A stretch of 64,000 nucleotides of DNA from Eledone cirrhosa (Eukaryota), in the NCBI GenBank assembly GCA_964016885.1, contig OZ024753.1, positions 15,190,001-15,254,000 of the forward strand, written 5' to 3'. Both the position numbers and the translations under genes were made by a program. Shown here in pieces: positions 14,401-27,900 of the stretch; the stretch's first letter is position 1, and every line of letters starts with the position of its first letter. Under the pieces are notes generated by a model. It saw nothing but the letters and a program-made list of their open reading frames with translations. It was not told the DNA's origin and searched no databases.

Positions 14401-15280
14401 AGACAGCATTAATCGTCCCTGGTTCTTGTTTAGGAAATTGTTTGATAGCAGACCGCATTAATAATCCCTGTTTCTTGTTTAGGAAACTGTTTGATAGCAA
14501 ACTGAATTAATCGTCCCTGGTTCTTGTTTACGAAACTGTTTAATAGCAGACAGCATTAATCGTCCCTGTTTCTTGTTTAGGAAACTGTTTGATAGCAGAC
14601 AGCATTAATCGTCCCTGGTTCTTGTTTACGAAACTGTTTGATAGCAGACAGCATTAATCGTTCCTGGTTCTTGTTTAGGAAATTGTTTGATAGCAGACCG
14701 CATTAATAATCCCTGTTTCTTGTTTAGGAAACTGTTTGATAGCAGACCGCATTAATAATCCCTGTTTCTTGTTTAGGAAACTGTTTGATAGCAGACCGCA
14801 TTAATAATCCCGGTTTCTTGTTTAGGAAACTGTTTGATAGCAGACCGCATTAATAATCCCTGTTTCTTGTTTAGGAAACTGTTTGATAGCAGACCGCATT
14901 AATAATCCCGGTTTCTTGTTTACGAAACTGTTTGATAGCAGACTGCATTAATAATCCCTGTTTCTTGTTTAGGAAACTGTTTGATAGCAGACTGCATTAA
15001 TAATCCCGGTTTCTTGTTTACGAAACTGTTTGATAGCAGACTGCATTAATAATCCCTGTTTCTTGTTTAGGAAACTGTTTGATAGCAGTCTGCATTAATA
15101 ATCCCGGTTTCTTGTTTAGGAAACTGTTTAATAGCAGACTGCATTAATCATCCCTGTTTCTTGTTTAGGAAACTGTTTGATAGCAGACTTTATTAATCAT
15201 CCCTGTTTCTTGTTTAGGAAACTGTTTGATAGACTGCATTAATTATCGCTGTTTCTTGGTTAGGAAACTGTTTGATAGCA
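10000..15280. repeat. Higher-order tandem duplication of a ~2.7-kb block: ~10000-12730 and ~12740-15280
   Basis: Markers CTGTATG 10431/13168 and TTCGTGTTT 11001/13738 are at offset 2737. CTTGTGTACG 11541/14131 and GATAGCAGTC 12491/15081 are at offset 2590 (three monomers fewer). Confidence 0.9.
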
Positions 15281-18200
15281 GACTGCATTAATCGTCCCTG
15301 TTTCTTGTTTAGGAGACTGTTTGATAGCAGACCCCATTAATAATCCCTGTTTCTTGTTTAGGAAACTGTTTGATAGCAGACCGCATTAATCGTCCCTAGT
15401 TCTTGTTTAGGAAACTGTTTGATAGCAGACCCCATTAATAATCCCTGTTTCTTGTTTAGGAAACTGTTTGATAGCAGACCGCATTAATCGTCCCTGGTTC
15501 TTGTTTAGGAAACTGTTTGATAGCAGACCGCATTAATCGTCCCTGGTTCTTGTTTAGGAAACTGTTTGATAGCAGACTGCATTAATCATCCCTGTTTCTT
15601 GTTTAGGAAACTGTTTGATAGAAGACAGCATTAATCGTCCCTGTTTCTTGTTTAAGAAACTGTTTGATAGCAGACCGCATTAATCGTCCCTGGTTCTTGT
15701 TTAGAAAACTGTTTGACAGCAGACTGCATTAATCATCCCTGTTTCTTGTTTAGGAAACTGTTTGATAGAAGACCGCATTAATCGTCCCTGGTCTTGTTTA
15801 GGAAACTGTTTGATAGCAGACCGCATTAATCGTCCCTGTTTCTTGTTTAGGAAACTGTTTGATAGTAGACAGCATTAATCGTCCCTGTTTCTTGTTTAGG
15901 AAACTGTTTGATAGTAGACAGCATTAATCGTCCCTGGTTCTTGTTTAGGAAACTGTTTGATAGTAGACAGCATTAATCGTCCCTGTTTCTTGTTTAGGAA
16001 ACTGTTTGATAGTAGACAGTATTAATCGTCCCTGTTTCTTGTTTAGGAAACTGTTTGATAGCAGACCGCATTAATCGTCCCTGTTTCTTGTTTAGGAAAC
16101 TGTTTGATAACAGACCGCATTAATCATCCCTGTTTCTTGTTTAGGAAACTGTTTGATAGCAGACCGCATTAATCGTCCCTGTTTCTTGTTTAGGAAACTG
16201 TTTGATAACAGACCGCATTAATCGTCCCTGTTTCTTGTTTAGGAAACTGTTTGATAGCAGACTGCATTAATAATCCCCGTTTCTTGTTTAGGAAACTGTT
16301 TGAGAGCAGACCGCATTAATCGTCCCTGGTTCTTGTTTAGGAAACTGTTTGATAGCAGACTGCATTAATAATCCCGGTTCCTTGTTTAGGAAACTGTTTA
16401 ATAGCAGACGGCATTAATCATCCCTGTTTCTTGTTTAGGAAACTGTTTGATAGCAGACTTTATTAATCATCCCTGTTTCTTGTTTAGGAAACTGTTTGAT
16501 AGACTGCATTAATTATCGCTGTTTCTTGGTTAGGAAACTGTTTGATAGCAGACTGCATTAATCGTCCCTGTTTCTTGTTTAGGAAACTGTTTGATAGCAG
16601 ACCGCATTAATCGTCCCTGGTTCTTGTTTAGGAGACTGTTTGATAGCAGACCGCATTAATCGTCCCTGGTTCTTGTTTAGGAAACTGTTTGATAGCAGAC
16701 CGCATTAATCGTCCCTGTTTCTTGTTTAGGAAACTGTTTGATAGCAGACCGCATTAATAATCCCTGTTTCTTGTTTAGGAAACTGTTTGATAGCAGACCG
16801 CATTAATCGTCCCTGGTTCTTGTTTATGAAACTGTTTGATAGCAGACCCCATTAATAATCCCTGTTTCTTGTTTAGGAAACTGTTTGATAGCAGACCGCA
16901 TTAATTGTCCCTGGTTCTTGTTTACGAAACTGTTTGATAGCAGACTGCATTAATAATCCCTGTTTCTTGTTTACGAAACTGTTTGATAACAGACCGCATT
17001 AATCATCTCTGTTTCTTGTTTAGGAAACTGTTTGATAGCAGACCGCATTAATCGTCCCTGTTTCTTGTTTAGGAAACTGTTTGATAACAGACCGCATTAA
17101 TCGTCCCTGTTTCTTGTTTAGGAAACTGTTTGATAGCAGACTGCATTAATAATCCCGGTTTCTTGTTTAGGAAACTGTTTGATAACAGACCGCATTAATC
17201 ATCCCTGTTCTTGTTTAGGAAACTGTTTGATAGCAGACTGCATTAATAATCCCGGTTTCTTGTTTAGGAAACTGTTTGATAACAGACCGCATTAATCGTC
17301 CCTGTTTCTTGTTTAGGAAACTGTTTGATAGCAGACTGCATTAATAATCCCTGTTTCTTGTTTAGGAAACTGTTTGAGAGCAGAACGCATTAATCGTCCC
17401 TGGTTCTTGTTTAGGAAACTGTTTGATAGCAGACTGCGTTAATAATCCCGGTTTCTTGTTTAGGAAACTGTTTAATAGCAGACTGCATTAATCATCCCTG
17501 TTTCTTGTTTAGGAAACTGTTTGATAGCAGACTTTATTAATCATCCCTGTTTCTTGTTTAGGAAACTGTTTGATAGACTGCATTAATTATCGCTGTTTCT
17601 TGGTTAGGAAACTGTTTGATAGCAGACTGCATTAATCGTCCCTGTTTCTTGTTTAGGAAACTGTTTGATAGCAGACCGCATTAATCGTCCCTGGTTCTTG
17701 TTTAGGAGACTGTTTGATAGCAGACCGCATTAATCGTCCCTGGTTCTTGTTTAGGAGACTGTTTGATAGCAGACCGCATTAATAATCCCTGTTTCTTGTT
17801 TAGGAAACTGTTTGATAGCAGACCGCATTAATCGTCCCTGGTTCTTGTTTATGAAACTGTTTGATAGCAGACCCCATTAATAATCCATGTTTCTTGTTTA
17901 GGAAACTGTTTGATAGCAGACCGCATTAATCGTCCCTGGTTCTTGTTTAGGAAACTGTTTGATAGCAGACCGCATTAATCGTCCCTGGTGCTTGTTTAGG
18001 AAACTGTTTGATAGCAGATTGCATTAATCATCCCTGTTTCTTGTTTAGGAAACTGTTTGATAGAAGACAGCATTAATCGTCCCTGTTTCTTGTTTAAGAA
18101 ACTGTTTGATAGCAGACCGCATTAATCGTCCCTGGTCTTGTTTAGGAAACTGTTTGATAGCAGACCGCATTAATCGTCCCCGTTTCTTGTTTAGGAAACT

Positions 18201-21200
18201 GTTTGATAGTAGACAGCATTAATCGTCCCTGTTTCTTGTTTAGGAAACTGTTTGATAGTAGACAGCATTAATCGTCCCTGTTTCTTGTTTAGGAAACTGT
18301 TTGATAGTAGACAGCATTAATCGTCCCTGTTTCTTGTTTAGGAAACTGTTTGATAGTAGACAGCATTAATCGTCCCTGTTTCTTGTTTAGGAAACTGTTT
18401 GATAGTAGACAGTATTAATCGTCCCTGTTTCTTGTTTAGGAAACTGTTTGATAGTAGACAGCATTAATCGTCCCTGGTTCTTGTTTAGGAAACTGGTTGA
18501 TAGCAGACAGCATTAATAATCCCTGTTTCTTGTGTACGAAACTGTTTGATAGCAGACTGAATTAATCGTCCCTGGTTCTTGTTTACGAAACTGTTTGATA
18601 GCAGACTGCATTAATCGTCCCTGGTTCTTGTTTAGGAAACTGTTTGATAGCAGACCGCATTAATCGTCCCTGGTTCTTGTTTACGAAACTGTTTAATAGC
18701 AGACTGCATTAATAATCCCTGTTTCTTGTTTACGAAACTGTTTGATAGCAGACCGCATTAATTGTCCCTGGTTCTTGTTTAGGAAACTGTTTGATAGCAG
18801 ACCGCATTAATCGTCCCTGTTTCTTGTTTAGGAAACTGTTTGATAACAGACCGCATTAATCATCCCTGTTTCTTGTTTAGGAAACTGTTTGATAGCAAAC
18901 CGCATTAATCGTCCCTGTTTCTTGTTTAGGAAACTGTTTGATAGCAGACCGCATTTATCGTCCCTGGTTCTTGTTTAGGAAACTGTTTGATAGCAGACTG
19001 CATTAATAATCCCGGTTTCTTGTTTAGGAATCTGTTTGATAACAGACCGCATTAATCATCCCTGTTCTTGTTTAGGAAACTGTTTGATAGCAGACCGCAT
19101 TAATCATCCCTGTTCTTGTTTAGGAAACTGTTTAATAGAAGAGAACTTTAATTATCCCCGTTTCTTGTTCAGGAAACTGTTTGATAGTACACAGCATTAA
19201 TCGTCCCTGTTTCTTGTCTAGGAAACTGTTAGATAACAGACCGCATTAATCATCCCTGTTTCTTGTTTAGGAAACTGTTTGATAGCAGACCGCATTAATC
19301 GCTTTTGTTTCTTGTTTAGGAAACTGTTTGATAGTACACAGCATTAATCGTACCTGTTTCTTGTTTAGGAAATTATTTGATAGCAGAGCGCATTAATCGT
19401 CCCTGTTTCTTGTTTAGGAAACTGTATAATAGCAGACCGCATTAATCGTCCCTGTGTCTTGTTTAGTAACCTTTTTGATAGCAGACCGCATTAATCGTCC
19501 CTGGTTCTTGTTTAGGAAACTGTTTGATAGCAGATTGCATTAATCATCCCTGTTTCTTATTTAGGAAACTGTTTGATAGCAGACCGCATTAATCGTCCCT
19601 GGTTCTTGTTTACGAAACTGTTTGATAGCAGACTGCATTAATCGTCCCTGGTTCTTGTATAGGAAACTGGTTGATAGCAGACAGCATTAATAATCCCTGT
19701 TTCTTGTTTACGAAACTGTTTGATAGCAGACTGAATTAATCGTCCCTGGTTCTTGTTTACGAAACTGTTTGATAGCAGACTGCATTAATCGTCCCTGGTT
19801 CTTGTTTACGAAACTGTTTGATAGCAGACCGCATTAATCGTCCCTGGTTCTTGTTTACGAAACTGTTTAATAGCAGACTGCATTAATAATCCCTGTTTCT
19901 TGTTTAGGAAACTGTTTGATAGCAGACCGCATTAATCATCCCTGTTTCTTGTTTAGGAAACTGTTTGATAGCAGACCGCATTAATCCTCCCTGTTTCTTG
20001 TTTAGGAAACTGTTTGATAGCAGACCCCATTAATAATCCCTGATTCTTGTTTAGGAAACTGTTTGATAGCAGACCGCATTAATCGTCCCTGGTTCTTGTT
20101 TAGGAAACTGTTTGATAGCAGACTGCATTAATCATCCCTGTTTCTTGTTTAGGAAACTTTTTGATAGAAGACAGCATTAATCGTCCCTGTTTCTTGTTTA
20201 AGAAACTGTTTGATAGCAGACCGCATTAATCGTCCCTGGTTCTTGTTTAGAAAACTGTTTGACAGCAGACTGCATTAATCATCCCTGTTTCTTGTTTAGG
20301 AAACTGTTTGATAGAAGACAGCATTAATCGTCCCTGGTCTTGTTTAGGAAACTGTTTGATAGCAGACCGCATTAATCGTCCCTGTTTCTTGTTTAGGAAA
20401 CTGTTTGATAGTAGACAGCATTAATCGTCCCTGTTTCTTGTTTAGGAAACTGTTTGATAGTAGACAGCATTAATCGTCCCTGTTTCTTGTTTAGGAAACT
20501 GTTTGATAGTAGACAGCATTAATCGTCCCTGTTTCTTGTTTAGGAAACTGTTTGATAGTAGACAGCATTAATCGTCCCTGTTTCTTGTTTAGGAAACTGT
20601 TTGATAGTAGACAGCATTAATCGTCCCTGTTTCTTGTTTAGGAAACTGTTTGATAGTAGACAGCATTAATCGTCCCTGGTTCTTGTTTAGGAAACTGGTT
20701 GATAGCAGACAGCATTAATAATCCCTGTTTCTTGTTTACGAAACTGTTTGATAGCAGACTGAATTAATCGTCCCTGGTTCTTGTTTACGAAACTGTTTGA
20801 TAGCAGACTGCATTAATCATCCCTGGTTCTTGTTTAGGAAACTGTTTGATAGCAGACCGCATTAATCGTCCCTGGTTCTTGTTTACGAAACTGTTTAATA
20901 GCAGACTGCATTAATAATCCCTGTTTCTTGTTTACGAAACTGTTTGATAGCAGACCGCATTAATTGTCTCTGATTCTTGTTTACGAAACTGTTTGATAGC
21001 AGACTGCATTAATCGTCCCTGGTTCTTGTTTAGGAAACTGTTTGATAGCAGACCGCATTAATCGTCCCTGGTTCTTGTTTACGAAACTGTTTGATAGCAG
21101 ACTGCATTAATAATCCCTGTTTCTTGTTTACGAAACTGTTTGATAGCAGACCGCATTAATCGTCCCTGGTTCTTGTTTACGAAACTGTTTTATAGCAGAC

Positions 21201-22419
21201 TGCATTAATAATCCCTGTTTCTTGTTTACGAAAATGTTTGATAGCAGACCGCATTAATAATCCTTGTTTCTTGTTTAGGAAACTGTTTGATAGCAGACTG
21301 CATTAATCATCCCTAGTTCTTGTTTAGGAAACTGTTTGATAGCAGACCGCATTAATCGTCCCTGTTTCTTGTTTAGGAAACTGTTTGATAGCAGACCGCA
21401 TTAATCATCCTTGTTTCTTGTTTAGGAAACAGTTTGATAGCAGACTGCATTAATCATCCCTAGTTCTTGTTTAGGAAACTGTTTGATAGCAGACCGCATT
21501 AATCGTCCCTGTTTCTTGTTTAGGAAACTGTTTGAAAGCAGACCGCATTAATCATCCCTGTTCTGGTTTAGGAAACTGTTTGATAGCGGACCGCATTAAT
21601 CGTCCCTGTTTCTTGTTTAGGAAACTGTTTGATAACAGACCGCATTAATCATCCCTGTTCTTGTTTAGGAAACTGTTTGATAGCAGACTGCATTAATAAT
21701 CCCGGTTTCTTGTTTAGGAAACTGTTTGATAACAGACCGCATTAATCATCCCTGTTCTTGTTTAGGAAACTGTTTGATAACAGACCGCATTAATCATCCC
21801 TGTTCTTGTTTAGGAAACTGTTTAAAATAGCAGACCGCATTAATCATCCCTGTTCTTGTTTAGGAAACTGTTTAATAGAAGAGAACTTTAATTATCCCCG
21901 TTTCTTGTTCAGGAAACTGTTTGATAGTACACAGCATTAATCGTCCCTGTTTCTTGTTTAGGAAACTGTATGATAGCAGACCGCATTAATCATCCCTGTT
22001 TCTTGTTTAGGAAACTGTTTGATAGTACACAGCATTAATAATCCCTGTTTCTTGTTTAGGAAACTGTTTGGTAGCAGACCGCATTAATCGTCCCTGGTTC
22101 TTGTTTAGGAAACTGTTTGATAGCAGACTGCATTAATCGTCCCTGTTTCTTGTTTAGTAAACTGTTTGATAGCAGACCGCATTAATCGTCCCTGTTTCTT
22201 GTTTAGGAAACTGTTTGATAGCAGACAGCATTAATAATCCCTGTTTCTTGTTTAGGAAACTGTTTGGTAGCAGACCCCATTAATAATCCCTGTTTCTTGT
22301 TTAGGAAACTGTTTGATAGCAGACCGCATTAATCGTCCCTGGTTCTTGTTTAGGAAACTGTTTGATAGCAGACCGCATTAATCGTCCCTGGTTCTTGTTT
22401 AGGAAACTGTTTGATAGCA

Positions 22420-23290
22420 GACCGCATTTATCGTCCCTGGTTCTTGTTTAGGAAACTGTTTGATAGCAGACTGCATTAATAATCCCGGTTTCTTGGTTAG
22501 GAAACTGTTTGATAACAGACCGCATTAATCATCCCTGTTCTTGTTTAGGAAACTGTTTGATAGCAGACTGCATTAATAATCCCGGTTTCTTGTTTAGGAA
22601 ACTGTTTGATAGCAGACCGCATTAATCATCCCTGTTCTTGTTTAGGAAACTGTTTAATAGAAGAGAACTTTAATTATCCCCGTTTCTTGTTCAGGAAACT
22701 GTTTGATAGTCCACAGCATTAATCGTCCCTGTTTCTTGTCTAGGAAACTGTTTGATAACAGACCGCATTAATCATCCCTGTTTCTTGTTTAGGAAACTGT
22801 TTGATAGTACACAGCATTAATCGTACCTGTTTCTTGTTTAGGAAACTGTTTGATAGCAGACCGCATTTATCGTCCCTGGTTCTTGTTTAGGAAACTGTTT
22901 GATAGCAGACTGCATTAATAATCCCGGTTTCTTGGTTAGGAAACTGTTTGATAACAGACCGCATTAATCATCCCTGTTCTTGTTTAGGAAACTGTTTGAT
23001 AGCAGACTGCATTAATAATCCCGGTTTCTTGTTTAGGAAACTGTTTGATAGCAGACCGCATTAATCATCCCTGTTCTTGTTTAGGAAACTGTTTAATAGA
23101 AGAGAACTTTAATTATCCCCGTTTCTTGTTCAGGAAACTGTTTGATAGTCCACAGCATTAATCGTCCCTGTTTCTTGTCTAGGAAACTGTTTGATAACAG
23201 ACCGCATTAATCATCCCTGTTTCTTGTTTAGGAAACTGTTTGATAGTACACAGCATTAATCGTACCTGTTTCTTGTTTAGGAAATTATTT
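22420..23290. repeat. Tandem duplication of a 439-bp (9-monomer) block
   Basis: GCATTTATCG at 22424/22863 and AGTCCACAGC at 22708/23147, both at offset 439. Confidence 0.85.
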
Positions 23291-23539
23291 GATAGCAGAG
23301 CGCATTAATCGTCCCTGTTTCTTGTTTAGGAAACTGTTTGATAGCAGATTGCATTAATCATCCCCGTTTCTTATTTAGGAAACTGTTTGATAGCAGACCG
23401 CATTAATATTCCCTGTTTCTTGTTTAGGAAACTGTTTGATAGCAGACCGCATTAATCGTCCCTGGTTCTTGTTTACGAAACTGTTTGATAGAAGACAGCA
23501 TTATAGTCCCTGTTTCTTGTTTACGAAACTGTTTGATAG

Positions 23540-24900
23540 CAGACTGCATTAATAATCCCGGTTTCTTGTTTAGGAAACTGTTTAATAGCAGACTGCATTA
23601 ATAATCCCGGTTTCTTGTTTAGGAAACTGTTTGATAGCAGACTGCTTTAATAATCCCGGTTTCTTGTTTAGGAAACTGTTTGATAGCAGACTGCTTTAAT
23701 AATCCCGGTTTCTTGTTTACGAAACTGTTTGATAGCAGACTGCTTTAATAATCCCGGTTTCTTGTTTAGGAAACTGTTTAATAGCAGACTGCATTAATAA
23801 TCCCGGTTTCTTGTTTAGGAAACTGTTTGATAGCAGACTGCTTTAATAATCCCGGTTTCTTGTTTACGAAACTGTTTGATAGCAGACTGCATTAATAATC
23901 CCGGTTTCTTGTTTAGGAAACTGTTTAATAGCAGACTGCATTAATAATCCCGGTTTCTTGATTAGGAAACTGTTTGATAGCAGACTGCTTTAATAATCCC
24001 GGTTTCTTGTTTAGGAAACTGTTTGATAGCAGACTGCATTAATAATCCCTGTTTCTTGTTTAGGAAACTGTTTGATAGCAGACTGCTTTAATAATCCCGG
24101 TTTCTTGTTTAGGAAACTGTTTAATAGCAGACTGCATTAATAATCCCGGTTTCTTGTTTAGGAAACTGTTTGATAGCAGACTGCTTTAATAATCCCGGTT
24201 TCTTGTTTACGAAACTGTTTGATAGACTGCTTTAATCATCCCTGTTTCTTGTTTAGGAAACTGTTTGATAGCAGACTGCATTAATAATCCCGGTTTCTTG
24301 TTTAGGAAACTGTTTGATAGCAGACTGCATTAATAATCCCGGTTTCTCGTTTAGGAAACTGTTTGATAGCAGACTGCATTAATAATCCCGGTTTCTTGTT
24401 TAGGAAACTGTTTGATAGCAGACTGCATTAATAATCCCGGTTTCTTGTTTAGGAAACTGTTTGATAGCAGACTGCATTAATAATCCCGGTTTCTTGTTTA
24501 CGAAACTGTTTGATAGCAGACTGCATTAATAATCCCGGTTTCTTGTTTACGAAACTGTTTGATAGACTGCTTTAATCATCCCTGTTTCTTGTTTAGGAAA
24601 CTGTTTGATAGCAGACTGCATTAATAATCCCGGTTTCTTGTTTAGGAAACTGTTTGATAGCAGACTGCATTAATAATCCCGGTTTCTTGTTTAGGAAACT
24701 GTTTGATAGCAGACTGCATTAATAATCCCGGTTTCTTGTTTAGGAAACTGTTTGATAGCAGACTGCATTAATAATCCCGGTTTCTTGTTTAGGAAACTGT
24801 TTGATAGCAGACTGCATTAATAATCCCGGTTTCTTGTTTACGAAACTGTTTGATAGACTGCTTTAATCATCCCTGTTTCTTGTTTAGGAAACTGTTTGAT
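23540..24900. repeat. Locally homogenised sub-array of the CTGC(A/T)TTAATAATCCCGG variant
   Basis: Most monomers here carry AATAATCCCGGTTTC, often with GCTTTAAT. This combination is only sporadic elsewhere. Confidence 0.88.
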
Positions 24901-27900
24901 AGACTGCATTAATCATCGCTGTTTCTTGTTTAGGAAACTGTTTGGTAGCAGACTGCATAAATCATCCCTGTTTCTTGTTTAGAAAACTGTTTGACACCAG
25001 ACTGCATTAATCATCCCTGTTTCTTGTTTAGGAAACTGTTTGATAGCAGACAGCATTAATCGGCCCTGTTTCTTGTTTAGGAAACTGTTTGATAGTAGAC
25101 AGTATTAATCGTCCCTGTTTCTTGTTTAGGAAACTGTTTGATAGTAGACAGCATTAATCGTCACTGTTTCTTGTTTAGGAAACTGTTTGATAGCAGACCG
25201 CATTAATCGTCCCTGTTTCTTGTTTAGGAAACTGTTTGATAGCAGACCGCATTAATCGTCCCTGGTTCTTGTTTACGAAACTGTTTAATAGCAGACTGCA
25301 TTAATAATCCCTGTTTCTTGTTTACGAAACTGTTTGGTAGCAGACCGCATTAATCGTCCCTGTTTCTTGTTTAGGAAACTGTTTGATAGCAGACCGCATT
25401 AATCGTCCCTGGTTCTTGTTTACGAAACTGTTTGATAGCAGACTGCATTAATCGTCCCTGGTTCTTGTTTAGGAAACTGTTTGATAACAGACCGCATTAA
25501 TCGTCCCTGGTTCTTGTTTACGAAACTGTTTGATAGCAGACTGCATTAATCGTCCCTGGTTCTTGTTTAGGAAACTGTTTGATAGCAGACCGCATTAATC
25601 GTCCCTGGTTCTTGTTTACGAAACTGTTTGATAGCAGACTGCATTAATCGTCCCTGGTTCTTGTTTAGGAAACTGTTTGATAGCAGACCGCATTAATCGT
25701 CCCTGGTTCTTGTTTACGAAACTGTTTGATAGCAGACTGCTTTAATAATCCCTGTTTCTAGTTTACGAAACTGTTTTATAGCAGACCGCATTAATCATCC
25801 CTGTTCTTGTTTACGAAACTGTTTTATAGCAGACCGCATTAATCATCCCTGGTTCTTGTTTACGAAACTGTTTTATAGCAGACCGCATTAATCATCCCTG
25901 TTCTTGTTTACGAAACTGTTTGATAGCAGACCGCATTAATCGTCCCTGGTTCTTGTTTACGAAACTGTTTTATAGCAGACAGCATTAATCATCCCTGTTC
26001 TTGTTTAGGAAACTGTTTGATAGCAGACTGCATTAATAATCCCGGTTTCTTGTTTAGGAAACTGTTTGAAAGCAGACGGCATTAATCGTCCCTGGTTCTT
26101 GTTTAGGAAACTGTTTGATAGCAGACAGCATTAATCGTCCCTGGTTCTTGTTTACGAAACTGTTTAATAGCAGACTGCATTAATAATCCCTGTTTCTTGT
26201 TTACGAAACTGTTTGATAGCAGACTGCATTAATAATCGCGGTTTCTTGTTTAGGAAACTGTTTGGTAGTAGACTGCATTAATCATCCCTGTTTCTTGTTT
26301 AGGAAACTGTTTGATAGCAGACTTTATTAATCATCCCTGTTTCTTGTTTAGGAAACTGTTTGATAGCAGACCGCATTAATCATCGCTGTTTCTTGTTTAG
26401 GAAACTGTTTGATAGCAGACCGCATTAATCGTCCCTGGTTCTTGTTTAGGAGACTGTTTGATAGCAGACCGCATTAATCGTCCCTGTGTCTTGTTTAGGA
26501 AACTGTTTGATAGCAGACTGCTTTAATAATCCCGGTTTCTTGTTTACGAAACTGTTTGATAGCAGACTGCATTAATAATCCCTGTTTCTTGTTTAGGAAA
26601 CTGTTTGATAGCAGACTGCATTAATAATCCCGGTTTCTTGTTTAGGAAACTGTTTGATAGACTGCTTTAATCATCCCTGTTTCTTGTTTAGGAAACTGTT
26701 TGATAGACTGCATTAATCATCGCTGTTTCTTGTTTAGAAAACTGTTTGACACCAGACTGCATTAATCATCCCTGTTTCTTGTTTAGGAAACTGTTTGATA
26801 GAAGACAGCATTAATCGTCCCTGTTTCTTGTTTAGGAAACTGTTTGATAGTAGACAGTATTAATCGTCCCTGTTTCTTGTTTAGGAAACTGTTTGATAGT
26901 AGACAGCATTAATCGTCCCTGTTTCTTGTTTAGGAAACTGTTTGATAGTAGACAGTATTAATCGTCCCTGTTTCTTGTTTAGGAAACTGTTTGATAGTAG
27001 ACAGCATTAATCGTCCCTGTTTCTTGTTTAGGAAACTGTTTGATAGCAGACCGCATTAATCGTCCCTGGTTCTTGTTTACGAAACTGTTTAATAGCAGAC
27101 TGCATTAATAATCCCTGTTTCTTGTTTACGAAACTGTTTGATAGCAGACCGCATTAATCGTCCCTGGTTCTTGTTTACGAAACTGTTTGATAGCAGACTG
27201 CATTAATCGTCCCTGGTTCTTGTTTAGGAAACTGTTTGATAGCAGACCGCATTAATCGTCCCTGGTTCTTGTTTACGAAACTGTTTGATAGCAGACTGCA
27301 TTAATAATCCCTGTTTCTTGTTTACGAAACTGTTTTATAGCAGACCGTATTAATCATCCCTGTTCTTGTTTACGAAACTGTTTTATAGCGGACCGCATTA
27401 ATCATCCCTGGTTCTTGTTTACGAAACTGTTTTATAGCAGACCGCATTAATCATCCCTGTTCTTGTTTACGAAACTGTTTGATAGCAGACCGCATTAATC
27501 GTCCCTGGTTCTTGTTTACGAAACTGTTTTATAGCAGACCGCATTAATCATCCCTGTTCTTGTTTAGGAAACTGTTTGATAGCAGACTGCATTAATAATC
27601 CCGGTTTCTTGTTTAGGAAACTGTTTGAAAGCAGACGGCATTAATCGTCCCTGGTTCTTGTTTAGGAAACTGTTTGATAGCAGACAGCATTAATCGTCCC
27701 TGGTTCTTGTTTACGAAACTGTTTAATAGCAGACTGCATTAATAATCCCTGTTTCTTGTTTACGAAACTGTTTGATAGCAGACTGCATTAATAATCCCGG
27801 TTTCTTGTTTAGGAAACTGTTTGGTAGCAGACTGCATTAATCATCCCTGTTTCTTGTTTAGGAAACTGTTTGATAGCAGACCGCTTTAATCATCCCTGTT

